DNA of 62,119 nt, the filler included, from Choristocarpus tenellus KU-1152 (taxonomy: Eukaryota; Protista; Phaeophyceae): the NCBI GenBank assembly GCA_964200185.2. It is 10 parts of 10 records of this genome, joined end to end, with 100 filler letters (N's around TTAATTAATTAA, not from the genome) between each part and the next. Parts side by side here need not be neighbours in the genome. Positions count along the whole stretch, not along the records: positions 51,503 to 54,373 come from CAXNAD020024052.1; positions 54,474 to 58,598 come from CAXNAD020016090.1; positions 58,699 to 62,119 come from CAXNAD020020147.1; 7 more parts are not named here. One strand, written 5' to 3'. The first letter of the stretch is position 1; every line of letters starts with the position of its first letter. Under the pieces are notes generated by a model, which ran no database searches, was not told the DNA's origin, and saw nothing but the letters and a program-made list of their open reading frames with translations. This document shows, one piece after another, positions 51,543 to 62,119 of this stretch. A program made the position numbers and the translations under genes.

Positions 51543-52299
51543 AAAAGATTAAGTCATGCTCGGGGTAGCCCAATAAGTCGTAGTGCAACAGGTACTTCAT
51601 ATAGATAACGATAAGTAGTCCAGTTGTCTACTACTTCTTATGCAGGGTCAAGGACCAAGGAAGCATTGTCTGTTACAAATACAAGGGTAACAAACCAACA
51701 CAGGTATAAATCAGTACGATTGTGTGATTGACGGAACAAAGAGCTTCAACCAGCAGCATCTAAGGAAGCTGCAAAAAGCTGCCGCACATCGTGCTAGAGC
51801 AGATCAGGGCTCAAGCATGGTCACCACTGTCTAATTAATGTTGCTTTCTTCACCAACTCTCTCTTAGGTCCTCCTTTTTCTTCGTGTGGTGTGTGATGAA
51901 AGGTGTACCAGATTGGATAGACTCCATCGTGCAACAATTAAGTTAATGTTAATTATATATTTTAACACCTTTTCCCCATAGGACCTAGTGATCTGTGATG
52001 GATAATAATGACATCCTATCCTGAGTAGTTGTGGTTGGGTGGTAGTGCACTACACTCAGTTTTCTCTTCATTTCCCTTATTAGTAGGAACTACAGTTAGC
52101 TTTTTCTGTTCCTCTACCATCTTTCGATATTTTATACTATGGGTATATCTTGTGGACAGTCTTTGTCTTTTCTGAAAGCTTTGTGTATTGTTTCCCTTCA
52201 ACTACCTATTGACTGTGCGTCTGGGTGGGAACTTTCAGTCTAGTCTACGTAGTATGGATAATACAGATATGCACTTCAAAGTACAGAATATATAATATC

Positions 52300-53900
52300 T
52301 GTTAATCTCTTATATTTTTTTTAAATGCTACCCAGAAGTATCACTTTTGGGTCTGGTTCTGTATGACCCTCTCTTCACAGTCTTTTTACCCAGTGCAATG
52401 AAGCCCCTCTCGAGGCTGCAGTGGTTGGGATTTGTAGGCAATCATCCCGATGAACACAAGTTCTGTTGCCTACACACTACCATTCAAAGTGGTAAACGTA
52501 AAGGTGCCCTTCAAGGTCTATGTGGACGCATGGAGGTAAGGACTTCCTGCCATTGGATCTCCAAACACGGGAGAGAAGTTGGTGGTGGGAGGTGCAGGAT
52601 ACACACTTCAATCACTGCAACCAAGAACGACCGAGGTGAGAGTGTGATCTGCACTCCATTTGTGTTGAACATGCGGTAAAGATACTCCTTCTCTCTTTCC
52701 ATCTTGATTCTTGCTACAACATCCTATTGTGTGTTTTTAGTCCCTACACCTTGGATCATAATAACCTTTTGTTGGTTCGTTACACCCTGAAAAGATAACT
52801 ACACGATACTCAGATAAACACTTGGTGCGACAATCCTGCTGAGTGCTGAGTCGTGCCAGGTACTCCTGTGTCTAACTTTCGACAACCGTAATGAGCTACT
52901 TGCCCACCTCCCGCGTCCATAACGGGGAACCTCAGGCCTCTAACACAAGGAAAGCTGTGCATGGGTGATAGGAAGGGGCTACGCCGTGGGGAAAGAAGAG
53001 TAGAAGCTCCGGGTTGTTCCAGGAGCAAAGGGACAGCTGGTATGTGATTCAAACAAATAATCTTCCAGGTCAACCATCTTCTCAGCAATGTGTCACAAGA
53101 TGGTTGGACTACATACGGGTACAAGAGAAGGGAGGGGGTATCTGCCAAGTAGTTACAATTATCCACCGCTTTGCGTCTCGCAGCAGCTATTAATAACCTT
53201 ATGGCGATATGTATTCAATACTATACATATTTACTGTAAGGTGGAGCACTGTTTGATGTTTCTGCGCACATTTCTTAAGGGCACAACAATATTGATCCCT
53301 GAAACATTCCTGTGATCGTTTTGATGGGAATTGTTACGCCCTAAATCAACCAATATAGTGAGCTGCACGATACATTAAATATTCTATAAGCCCAGCAATT
53401 TTTCAAAAGGTATTTTTTTAGGGATACTTCCCTTTGCTTCTATCACTTCTACCTATTGGGTAGGCGAGCATCCTTCAGGAATATCTGGCCTAGTTGGTGG
53501 TCAGGGCCCTCTGGGACCAATGCCCATTAGTTACCAGTCTGGCACTATTTTCCCCTCTGTTTGCATTCGATGTTGAAATTGTGATGAGATTCCTCTCAAA
53601 CCAGTAGAAGGCATAATCTGTAGAAGATTTTATTGCCAAAACAACGTACTTTGCAATCTACCTTCTACCACCCGAAAAGGACTATTGTGAGGGTGATGTT
53701 CAAGGTCCATGTTGGTGAACGGGGGTAAATCCTTTTATTAGACCTTCTGATGTGTATCTAAGTTTGCGGTGGAAATTGTGGGATTCATACTACTCACTAT
53801 AGTTGATGCATTAAGAAGGGCTGAGGTGGGAATGTGGTCTGCACTACATTTATCTTGGTGGGTTCATAATATAGTGGTACCAGTACCTTCGCCCTCTGGG
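52300..53900 (-). mobile_element. Decayed Ty1/Copia pol remnant
   Basis: Fragments HYGCRK (LYGL.Q-like), LTSMRPHRP (L...RPD-like) and NPNHCSLER (P...HW-like). Confidence 0.4.
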
Positions 53901-54033
53901 GTTGTCCTGTCATAACGTTTGGTGTATATATCGGATTAAAAACATAAAAGTATATTCATGATGATGCCCGTCACAAGGTCAAGAGTACAGGCTTCGTTAT
54001 TTTCTCCACTTTTTTTATTTTTTTGAAGAAAGA

Positions 54034-54100
54034 GCGCTGGTATTGGGATTCGAACCCTGGGTTATAGGTCACCTAGAGTGGCAATAGATACACTATTACT
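54034..54100 (-). other. tRNA-like remnant (SINE head or pseudo-tRNA)
   Basis: Minus strand reads GGGTTCGAATCCC (T-arm/B box); no complete cloverleaf. Confidence 0.45.
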
Positions 54101-54156
54101 TGATTGAAGTACTTGAGTAACTCACTGCAAGCAATATACAAGTGAGAACAATTATA

Positions 54157-54373
54157 ATGAGCAAATGTTATAGAGTAGTTTTTGAAACATATGATAAAGA
54201 TTGTCCAGAAGAGATTTTATCTAAAAAAGAAATAATTGAAGATGAACTAAAGAAGTCAAGTAATAGTTTAAATTTTGGTATGGGTTTTTCTAATCAATTA
54301 GCAGTAGTGCATGGTGTTCAGGACGCTGTGCTTCTAGAAAAAATTAAGTTGTTACAGGAAAATAAACATACAT
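54157..54373 (+). CDS. N-terminus of a probable bacterial ISKra4-family transposase, cut by the contig end
   Basis: MSKCYRVVFETYD...SNSLNFGMGFSNQLAVVHGVQDAVLLEKIKLL recalls the N-termini of ISKra4-type transposases of intracellular proteobacteria (recognised from memory). About 30% GC by hand count; no intron. Confidence 0.55.
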
Positions 54374-55850
54374 NNNNNNNNNNNNNNNNNNNNNNNNNNN
54401 NNNNNNNNNNNNNNNNNTTAATTAATTAANNNNNNNNNNNNNNNNNNNNNNNNNNNNNNNNNNNNNNNNNNNNAACCCCGTCGACGGGAGCCAGGTTCTT
54501 CCTTGTCACTGTCCGATGAGGAAGAGTGTGTTTCCTCGAGCCCACCGAGATCATTGTCACTATCAACGAGATTATCCCCACCACCCGAACGTTTGCCCTG
54601 GTCGTTGTCTTCGACGTCACTGGTGCTGGTTCCAGCGCCATTGTCATCGGTGTGAAGTCAATGGACTGGGAGGTCGAACTCTCGTTCCCCTGTCTTTTGG
54701 AGAAGTCGCACAGACTCGCTTTGCTCGTGTTTCACTCTCTGAACGGCTTCATCGTCTGCGAAGGTGGAATACATGAGCATGGGAACATCAACGGTATGGA
54801 TGCATGAATGTTACTTTGTTACCAGGCGTGAGGTTTCACGAATGCGCTCGGGGAGCATGCAGTGAGAGGGAGGGCGCATATTTCGTCGGAATCGTGTCTG
54901 CTGAGTACAAGATCGGTACCGTCAAAACATTTATGGGGAGTAATCTATGGCACTTTTTATTGTGACACGCGACGATCAATACATATGATAATGCAATTTT
55001 TTCAAGATTGTTTTTGTAAAGGCTGTAAAGGCTGCCTCGTACAAAAGTTGCACTTGATTTTTTTGGCTGCCACCGAATACCAAAATTAGTTATCAACTCC
55101 CCTCACAAGAAAATCGACTTACCCAGTAGGTACGCAGCAGGGAGGCGCTCGTACGACGCCTGGTACCGCTGCTCCACCTTCAGGATGACGTCTTTGGGAG
55201 CGCTCTTGAGCTGATAGGGTGGTGCATCTTGGATACGAGGCAGGTGGCCGATGAAGAGGTCATGCGGAGGGGCGTTGGAGTCCATAGCAAGGTCTCCGTC
55301 TATCCCACTCAATTCTGTGCTGTGCATATATCGCTTTACGCTAACCTTCACCCTCCCATCACCGCCTTTTTCACCGCAAAAAAGCCCTGTAGCTCGTGAT
55401 GTTGGGGGCACGGTTGACGCGACCACGAAGGAGTCCCTTGAAGTTGTTTGCAAAAAAAAAAAATGAAGTCAAATTTGCAACAAAAAAAAAAACGAGCAGC
55501 GAGCAAAAACGCACGAGATACACAGCAACGCGCGCGTTTCCTCCCACAACCCCCCCCCCCCAACCAGCGTCCTTGAAGTTGCCCTCGTTCCGCAGGGTTT
55601 TGTAGTATACTGGAACCTCCGTGTAAGAGGCCTGCAGCTCTTCACCGAGCTGTATTCTTGTGAATATGATCTTGCCTTTTATACCACTTGAGAACCTCAA
55701 GGTGAAATGTAAGCAAGTCAATTTCGAGGCGGGGACGAAAGGAGTGAAGTGGAGAAGCAAGAAATATATGCAGGCACATGATCTGATGATGCATGTATAT
55801 GGAAGTATAGATATAAAAATGGTTATGCGTACATTTTTTTTCATTGTTTT

Positions 55851-56108
55851 GAGTGAAAGTATCTTAGAGGTTAAGAGTTTTGCCCTGTTTGTCCATTTGG
55901 GGCTTGGCTTCCAACAGGTTTTAATGGCATTTTACCTACTCCAGTTTTTTTTTGAGTAGGTATAATGTGCATGTTATGAAAAGGTATGTCCGGAACAAGG
56001 ATATTTACATCTCCTAACAATCATGATAGCCAAAATTACATCAAAATTGGAACATTGGATATTGGCCCCCAAATGGACGCGGCTCTACCCTCTAAGATAC
56101 TTTGACTC
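55851..56108 (+). mobile_element. MITE family A, TSD TTT
   Basis: Intact TIRs; lies in an intron of the transposase. Confidence 0.93.
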
Positions 56109-57498
56109 TTTGTTTCGAGAGTAAGTTACGAAACAGTTTTGGCAGCTGCTCTTATCGTTCAATTTTGTTGTGGGGAAATCAAAAGCCAATCAATCAATTA
56201 CAGCGTACGACCATAAACCTTCAATTGATGCAACAAGCGTGAGCTGCAAGCCTCAAGGCAGTATCTGTCCGTATAAAAACACTATGTGGCTATCGAACTT
56301 GCATATCTTGCCTAATTACCTGGAGAAGATCTGATCGATTTTGATGTGCGTGTGCCCCACCATCATAAATTGTATCTTGACCACACGAATGACACTCGCC
56401 GCAACCAACAGCCCCGCATATCCGAGAAAGAAATTGGTCTTGTTCTCTGAGACGCAGTTGTCGACCTGGCCAGTTTGGGGAGTTGGGAGCGAGGGAGGGA
56501 TAGGCGTGAGGCCGATTTGTCAGCCCATTTCGCCGCGTTTCGTGGAGGAACAGGGTAGGTTTCCAGTATTGCTAGAGCACAATCTCTACATCACTGCCAT
56601 CATACATGCAGGTTGCAACACACAAACCAAAACTAAAGACCGTGCAGTTAGTTACTTGGTCACTGATATTCAGCGAGTACGTGTTGAGTAGGTCGTGTCA
56701 AGATGAAACCTTCTTACCTGCCAATGCGCGTGCTGGATGATGCAATTCCTCGCGTGATCGAGGCTGTTGTGGTACTTGTCGATAAGCCTTGTGAGGGCAT
56801 GGTGGGTGGCTGTGCAGACAAGGTTACAACCTGCGCGAACAATGACGCCGAACAACTGTTGGCAAAAAGTACTCTGCTTACTTACGCATTGTTTATTTGG
56901 AGCTAAAAAGAGGCGTAATGTAATTTGTTTATGCAATGTAGAGCACATACACCCATACGGCTGATGTACATATCTGTGATCTCCACCACCCATTGATTAG
57001 CTCTTACGCTCCTCTCGCCCTAACCCTAAGCTGAAGCGTAGGAGGGCAGGGGAGCACAGCGCATCATCAGTTAATCGACTGTTCACTAGGCCTGCGGTAT
57101 CTGTAGGCACATCGTGTAGGGATATACTCGTCCTTACGAATTTACCCTATGGCAGGTCCACTCGCCACGACGGTAAATCAAGTGGTGCGTGCGCAACCAG
57201 CATCTATTTGGTCATGCAATTGTTCGCCACGACCCACAATACATACCTCCTCCAAGATTGATAGTAGTGAAGAACACCTCCGCGAACTGGCCTTCAGCAT
57301 GTGCGGCCATGATCTTCTGGCGCTCGGAGTAGCCCCTGATAAGGGGGACATGAACGAAAGGAACTTGTAAAGAAAGGTCATCATGATGAACGGAATAGGT
57401 AGTGGAATTATGTGCGTTTGTTTTGGCGATTATTTCTTGGGACTTTGCACTCATTCGTAGAATAAAACATGGTCGTCTATTCTGTTCCGCGCACGGTT

Positions 57499-57758
57499 GA
57501 GCCAAAGTATCGTAGAGGGTAGGACCACGTCCATTTGGGGGCCAAAATCTAATATTGCGATTTTGATGAAAAATTGGCTATATCGTGTCTGTTAGGAAGT
57601 GTCACTATCCTTGTTCTGGATACAAATTTTCATAAAGTATACATTGTATCTACTCCGAAACACTTTGGAGTAGGAAAATGTTATAATAAAAACATGGGGA
57701 GCCAAGCCCCAAATAGACAAACAGGGCTAAACTCGTACCCTCTAAGATACTTTCACTC
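57499..57758 (-). mobile_element. MITE family A, TSD GGTT
   Basis: Intact TIRs; GGTT flanks; lies in an intron of the transposase. Confidence 0.93.
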
Positions 57759-58527
57759 GGTTGCAAAGTTGTTGTCGGATGGACTATGCGTGTGTATGGT
57801 TAACTGTCACTGCCGTGGGTAGGTGGGTAAAGTGCTGGGAGGGCGTGTGCTGTCTGGTTCGCGGCGTCTACGGACATGAATACGAAGCCGAGAGGTTTGC
57901 CGCCGGCTTTGGCCCGCATGGCGCTGCTGGTGCTGTTGGCGATGACCAGCCGATCCGCTTGGATAATCTGGCGAATGGGGGACAGCAGCATCACGTGAAT
58001 TAATCAAATAAATCTGCTCAGAGTTTAAAAAAAATTGACACTTGTTAACATGTATCAGGTTAGTTAGAAACAAAAATGCGGTGTGGGTAAGAATAGATGT
58101 TTGTATTGGGACATGTTTTTTATTGCTGCGTTCAAGACAAACACAGGGTTATCGAGATGGTAGGAAGTACGTACGTACCGGGCCGGAAGTCCGCTACATG
58201 ACCTATCCATCCCACAGCCCGTTGTACACGGCCAGGAAGCAGTCTATCATACAAGGTGTTTGGGCAGCTAATAACAACAAGTTTTGCGGTGAGTGAGGCT
58301 ACTGTTGCTGCCATAAGCACCTACGTGGGATTCTTCATTCGTAAAAGGACACAGATGTTCTTCAAAACGGAGGGCAATGACGGCGACATGTTGCCACTGT
58401 ACCCTTGTTGCAAAATTAACGCTGGACACCTACCTGTCGATGGTCTGACAGCTCCTTGTCGATGGACTCGAGGACGGTGGAGTCGTTCATGGGTTTTACA
58501 CCATGCGCACTGTGCCGCTTCTCTTTT

Positions 58528-58598
58528 GAGTGAAACTATCTTAGATGGTACGAATTTTTCCCTCTTTGTCCATTTGTGGGGCTTGGCTTCCCATGGAT
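58528..58598 (+). mobile_element. MITE family A left end, truncated by the contig end (a right-end fragment also lies at 44435-44463)
   Basis: GAGTGAAACTATCTTAGATGGTACG...GTCCATTTG. Confidence 0.85.
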
Positions 58599-58729
58599 NN
58601 NNNNNNNNNNNNNNNNNNNNNNNNNNNNNNNNNNNNNNNNNNTTAATTAATTAANNNNNNNNNNNNNNNNNNNNNNNNNNNNNNNNNNNNNNNNNNNNCT
58701 GCCTCAATTTTGAAAATCCTCTGTTATGT

Positions 58730-59349
58730 AGGCAATCGAGGAGATGGTGGGGGACGACATCGTGATAGAGACCCAATCAGCCAACCTACCTCACCTCAAT
58801 GTCAATAACATGGGATACTTTCAACTTCATCCAGCAACTAACTGAAAAAAGACATGGAGTGACCCAACACAGAGGAGGTGGAGCCCATAATGGAGGTGTT
58901 CGATGTGTACCCCCAGGAGACACTAGAGTGTGTCTGACAGAGTCTCTTGGCAGTCTATGGTGAATTGCTGGGGTCCAAGGTCGGCAATGTCTTCAAAATT
59001 CCCCATCTTAGCAAGGAAAAGGCTGAGAAGGCGGGCAAGCTCCCCCCAAATGCCTTGGTGGATGCGGCAAAATACTGTGCTGGATTGGAGTTTTTTTGGA
59101 GGTCTTTCTTTGGGGGTCTTTGGGGGCGGAATAATAGATAGGTGTAGACTGCCCCATCTTGCTTGAGATTTTGGTGGGCAACCTTTTAGTGCCTGCACAA
59201 TACACCTATAAAATATGACCATGTCAAAGAAAATCTTGCTGTTTCATTGGGGTTGCAAAAGTGATTTAATATTTAATTCCGAACGTAGCAAGTACTATTT
59301 GAAAAATATCAACACAACGATGTCCACTTCAAGATTATTCCCTACTAAG
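58730..59349 (+). mobile_element. Mariner-like (plant/stramenopile DD39D-type) transposase C-terminal remnant with probable right TIR followed by TA
   Basis: ETQSANLPHLNVNNMGYF (QP.NSPDLNV.DLGFF-like) and AVYGELLGSKVGNVFKIPHLSKEK; frameshifts and stops. Confidence 0.75.
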
Positions 59350-59641
59350 TAATAGTATGTACACTTACACGGTTCTAACCTAGTTTAACCCTACAAAGCC
59401 TGGAAAGAGTAGAGCGCCCCAAAAAATAGGTCAAACCCCTTCTTGTTCACTTTCCCACTATACACAACGCCTCTCCAGAAAACCACCTGCACTTCATACT
59501 CGGTTATTGTACTACTCTCTACATAATGCTTCATCGCGCGAGTTTCTTGAGCGCGCGAGGTAGTTGTAGTAGAAGGTGGAGGCATCAGTTTAGGGATCTA
59601 GGAGGTGGTCCGTGTTGGCTCCATCCCACATCACGGCTCAC

Positions 59642-61364
59642 ATGAAAGCCTGGTTTGTGATTGCCTCCGTCTTGGCTACGATACCCACGATCAATTGTTA
59701 CCCGGTATTCGGATTCGACCGCTCTTACCTCCCGGTTCGAGCAGCAATTAGAGGTCGAATGAGGAGTCGCAGAGTGCACAGAGCTGTGAACCCCATCACC
59801 CTCTCCACAGAACCCCATATTCCAAAATCAGTCGTAAATGATGAGGAGGAAAAGGAACGAAAGAGAAAAAGGTGGTCTGGAATCCTGGTGTTAGCGACAG
59901 TACCGCTTGTTTGGGGCACCTATGCACCTTCTGTAAAGTACATGTACGAGATGGGTGACGCAAGCCCACCCGGTCTCATCTTCAATTTGGGATGTTACCT
60001 TGTCTCCGCCCTGACCCTCGCAGTAGTGGGTTCCGTCAATGATCGCACGAGAAAGGGTAAGTCTGTGGGAGCACTCTCTTTATTGGTTTGGGCGATGTGC
60101 CACCATTGCGGTTTGGACTGACAATGACAACAATAGTGCGTGATCCTGGAACACCCTAGAGATAACCTCCTCGAAAAGTCGTGGTAACCTTAATTTTTCA
60201 CTCTCGGCAGGACAAGGGTACACTGCAGCTCTAGGTTCTGTTGCTGGTGAGGAGGAAACTGTATCGTCGGAGTCGATAGAGAGAGGTAGAAAGAACGCCA
60301 CCTGGGCGGGGTTGGAACTTGGAGGGTGGCTATTCCTGGGGGGCACGGTGCAGGTGAACCTTGGATGATCTTGTTATTGGTCATTTATAGATCTCCTCGC
60401 TGATGTATGAAAGTAGCTGCCTAGGTTGATCGGCGTCGATATCGGATTTGAACATGAAGTATTGGCAGATCATTTTGAAAGGATGCCGTATGAGTAGGCT
60501 TCATCCCTCAAATACTTCGCACTTGCGGTAGGTTTGGGGCCTAGAGCTAACTTCAGCAAGCCGTGCTGCCTTCCTGGTCCAGTTGACAACCGTCATCGTC
60601 CCCCTTCTTGAAGCGGCACTAGGAAAGAAAAAATTGAAACTGCAGGTGGGTAGGGTACCTTTGTTTGGTTGAGTTTGGAAATGGGGTATGATAGATTTGT
60701 AAATTTTGTATAAGGAATCGTGAAAATCAATGCTTCCCTTGGTATGCATGCGTCGTAGGTAGTCCCTGGTTTGTTTTTGGGCAGCTACCTGTACTACTGT
60801 TCTGTTATCTTCCTCTCTGTCTGCTACAATATAGAGGCTGTGCTCTGTTTTAAACTCTTCCCCAATTAGATGCCACGTGTTTCACATGCTGGAATTTCTC
60901 TAGTACTGTAGCTACTTAATTTCCATCCTCTTGTAAAACACATGTTCAACGCCCAAGCAGTGCTGATGATTAGTGTTGGACATCGAAGCAGCTACTGTTG
61001 CGTCATGGTCGAAAATGAGTATTCTTAAATCTGCTGGAAAAAAATCGAAATCAATGATCAACGGGCTGGTATCAGGGTATGAGTGTTATCCTTGACAACA
61101 TAGTCAATTATCTCAAGTTGTATGAACTGTTTTTTTCAACAGTTTCTTTCACCATGCCGTGACAGTCAACCAAACCATTGAAACATATTTGAACCGTGGT
61201 GATGTTCTACTGCTATTAAACTACTGTTGCTATCTTGACTGCGGTCTCCTCAGGTATGGATAGCATGTGCATTGGCAACAGTGGGGGTAACTCTCGTCAG
61301 TCTTGGAGGCAGCCTTCCGCCAGGAACACAGTTATCCAGCCTCTGGGAGATTGCTACTGGTGAG
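59642..61364 (+). CDS. EamA/DMT-superfamily transporter, probably plastid-targeted; exons 59642-60056, 60211-60353, 60532-60645, 61254-61364; 3' end beyond the window
   Basis: Signal peptide plus Arg-rich leader, VPLVWGTYAPSVKY, AGLELGGWLFLGGTVQVWGLELTSASRAAFLVQLTTVIVPLL, VWIACALATVGV; phases consistent. Confidence 0.88.
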
Positions 61365-61619
61365 GTAATTGTATAACCCAGGGGTACAATAGTAGTAGCG
61401 CAAGCACCCATGCTTAGAGGTCCTCAAAGTTGGGAACAAATGTAAGATGAGCGCAACTCTTTTTATCTAATGCTCCGTTGATCTACATGACTTGTGACTG
61501 TGGCGCAGTAGCTGCTGCACCCACACACTGCTCTCAGAAAATAGTTGTGAAGTACTGCTATTGAGACAATATGGTGGGGGTGTTTAGTGGTACACCTATG
61601 TAGGCTACTACTGCCTTGA

Positions 61620-61910
61620 TGCTGCTAGAATTTACTGTTTTTTATTGTAGTTTGTGCAGTAGGTAAGAACCGGATACTTCTCTCTAAGTATTGCTTGAGC
61701 CCGTAGTGTATCATGAACCTTGGGACTGCAGGGGGTTTGTACAATACCTCTGGCGTTTGAGGAATACGATAGTTTTGGAGGCGTTTTTCACAATCGTCAC
61801 GGTATTCTTGTTGCTCTACACCAAGAGGGAACATTAAAGTTCTCGAAGGAGTGTCTTTTTGTTCTGGTGAGGGGGATGACTTGTTGGCATCTGATTGTTT
61901 TCACTAAGGA
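61620..61910 (-). mobile_element. Possible pogo/Fot1-like DDE fragment in an intron
   Basis: Weak DETP / K..VT...A.G-like fragments. Confidence 0.25.
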
Positions 61911-62119
61911 GCACTGAACTTCAATGCATTGTACTGTACTGTACTGTATGGACTGAAAGTTGATGAGGATGTTTTGATTGTTGTGGTATGATGATATATC
62001 TTCCCATTGCGATGTTCCCTTTGTTTGTGTTGTGCAAGTTTTTATTTTTTCTCCTTATTTTGACCTGCGATAATATTCACCGAAAGAGAGCACCACCGTG
62101 TACCCCCCCCCCGCCATTT

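Larger units (their letters stand above)
54474..58480 (-). pseudogene. Intron-containing Sola-like (DUF7869-type) DNA transposase, disrupted; core exons 57967-57804, 57335-57247, 56830-56718, 56465-56320, plus further exons near 58.4, 56.2, 55.6, 55.4, 55.2 and 54.6 kb
   Basis: Spliced translation gives FMSVDAANQTAHALP ... GGGCNLVCT ... HWQVDNCVSENKTNFFLGY...FMMVGHTHIKIDQIFSR. Lesions include an in-frame TGA at 54658-54660 and an apparently mutated donor. Confidence 0.8.

Noticed and set aside
54034-54100. Functional tRNA genes (also 42372-42445)
   Set aside because: Only promoter-box/T-arm similarity; acceptor and anticodon stems do not pair.
54658-54660. Selenocysteine or readthrough at the in-frame TGA of the transposase tail
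   Set aside because: It lies in a low-complexity tail of a copy with other lesions; a CGA-to-TGA transition is simpler.
14855-57758. Apparent correlation of MITE orientation with TSD length
   Set aside because: Contig strand is arbitrary and only six copies are informative; treated as coincidence.
3406-58698. Recurrent TTAATTAATTAA motif and ORFs ending in X...LIN
   Set aside because: Artificial six-frame-stop spacer between contigs; synteny across spacers cannot be assumed.
1-62119. Fanzor/TnpB, Cas, rRNA or giant-virus hallmark genes
   Set aside because: No RuvC, zinc-finger, capsid, polymerase or rRNA signatures were recognised by eye; short spliced exons could still be missed.

Overview
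Eukaryotic nuclear DNA, most likely from a brown alga or close photosynthetic stramenopile. This rests on intron-rich genes, a CFAP47 flagellar gene, a bipartite plastid-type leader and stramenopile-style TEs, and is an inference. The window is not one locus: ten short contigs are joined by nine identical 100-bp artificial spacers (44 N + TTAATTAATTAA + 44 N), so ORFs ending in LIN are artefacts. Host genes rebuilt by hand from phase-consistent exons are C2CD5 (5' part), a complete WW-less Pin1-type parvulin, CPSF1 (last two exons), CDC50/ALIS, CFAP47 (five internal exons), an EamA/DMT transporter (5' part) and two multi-exon unknowns. Most of the rest is decayed TE sequence (Gypsy, Copia, Penelope-like, pogo-like, mariner-like, tRNA-SINE heads). 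Highlights: (1) a spliced Sola-like/DUF7869-type transposase at 54.5-58.5 kb that the ORF track misses; (2) three MITE families sharing a terminal AAAGTA motif, with mixed 3- and 4-bp TSDs, nested in each other and in that transposase's introns; (3) an AT-rich bacterial ISKra4-like transposase fragment fused to algal DNA at a contig end; (4) CpG-rich gene 5' ends versus CpG-depleted gene bodies and TEs, suggesting CpG methylation. All family assignments come from motif recognition, not database searches.
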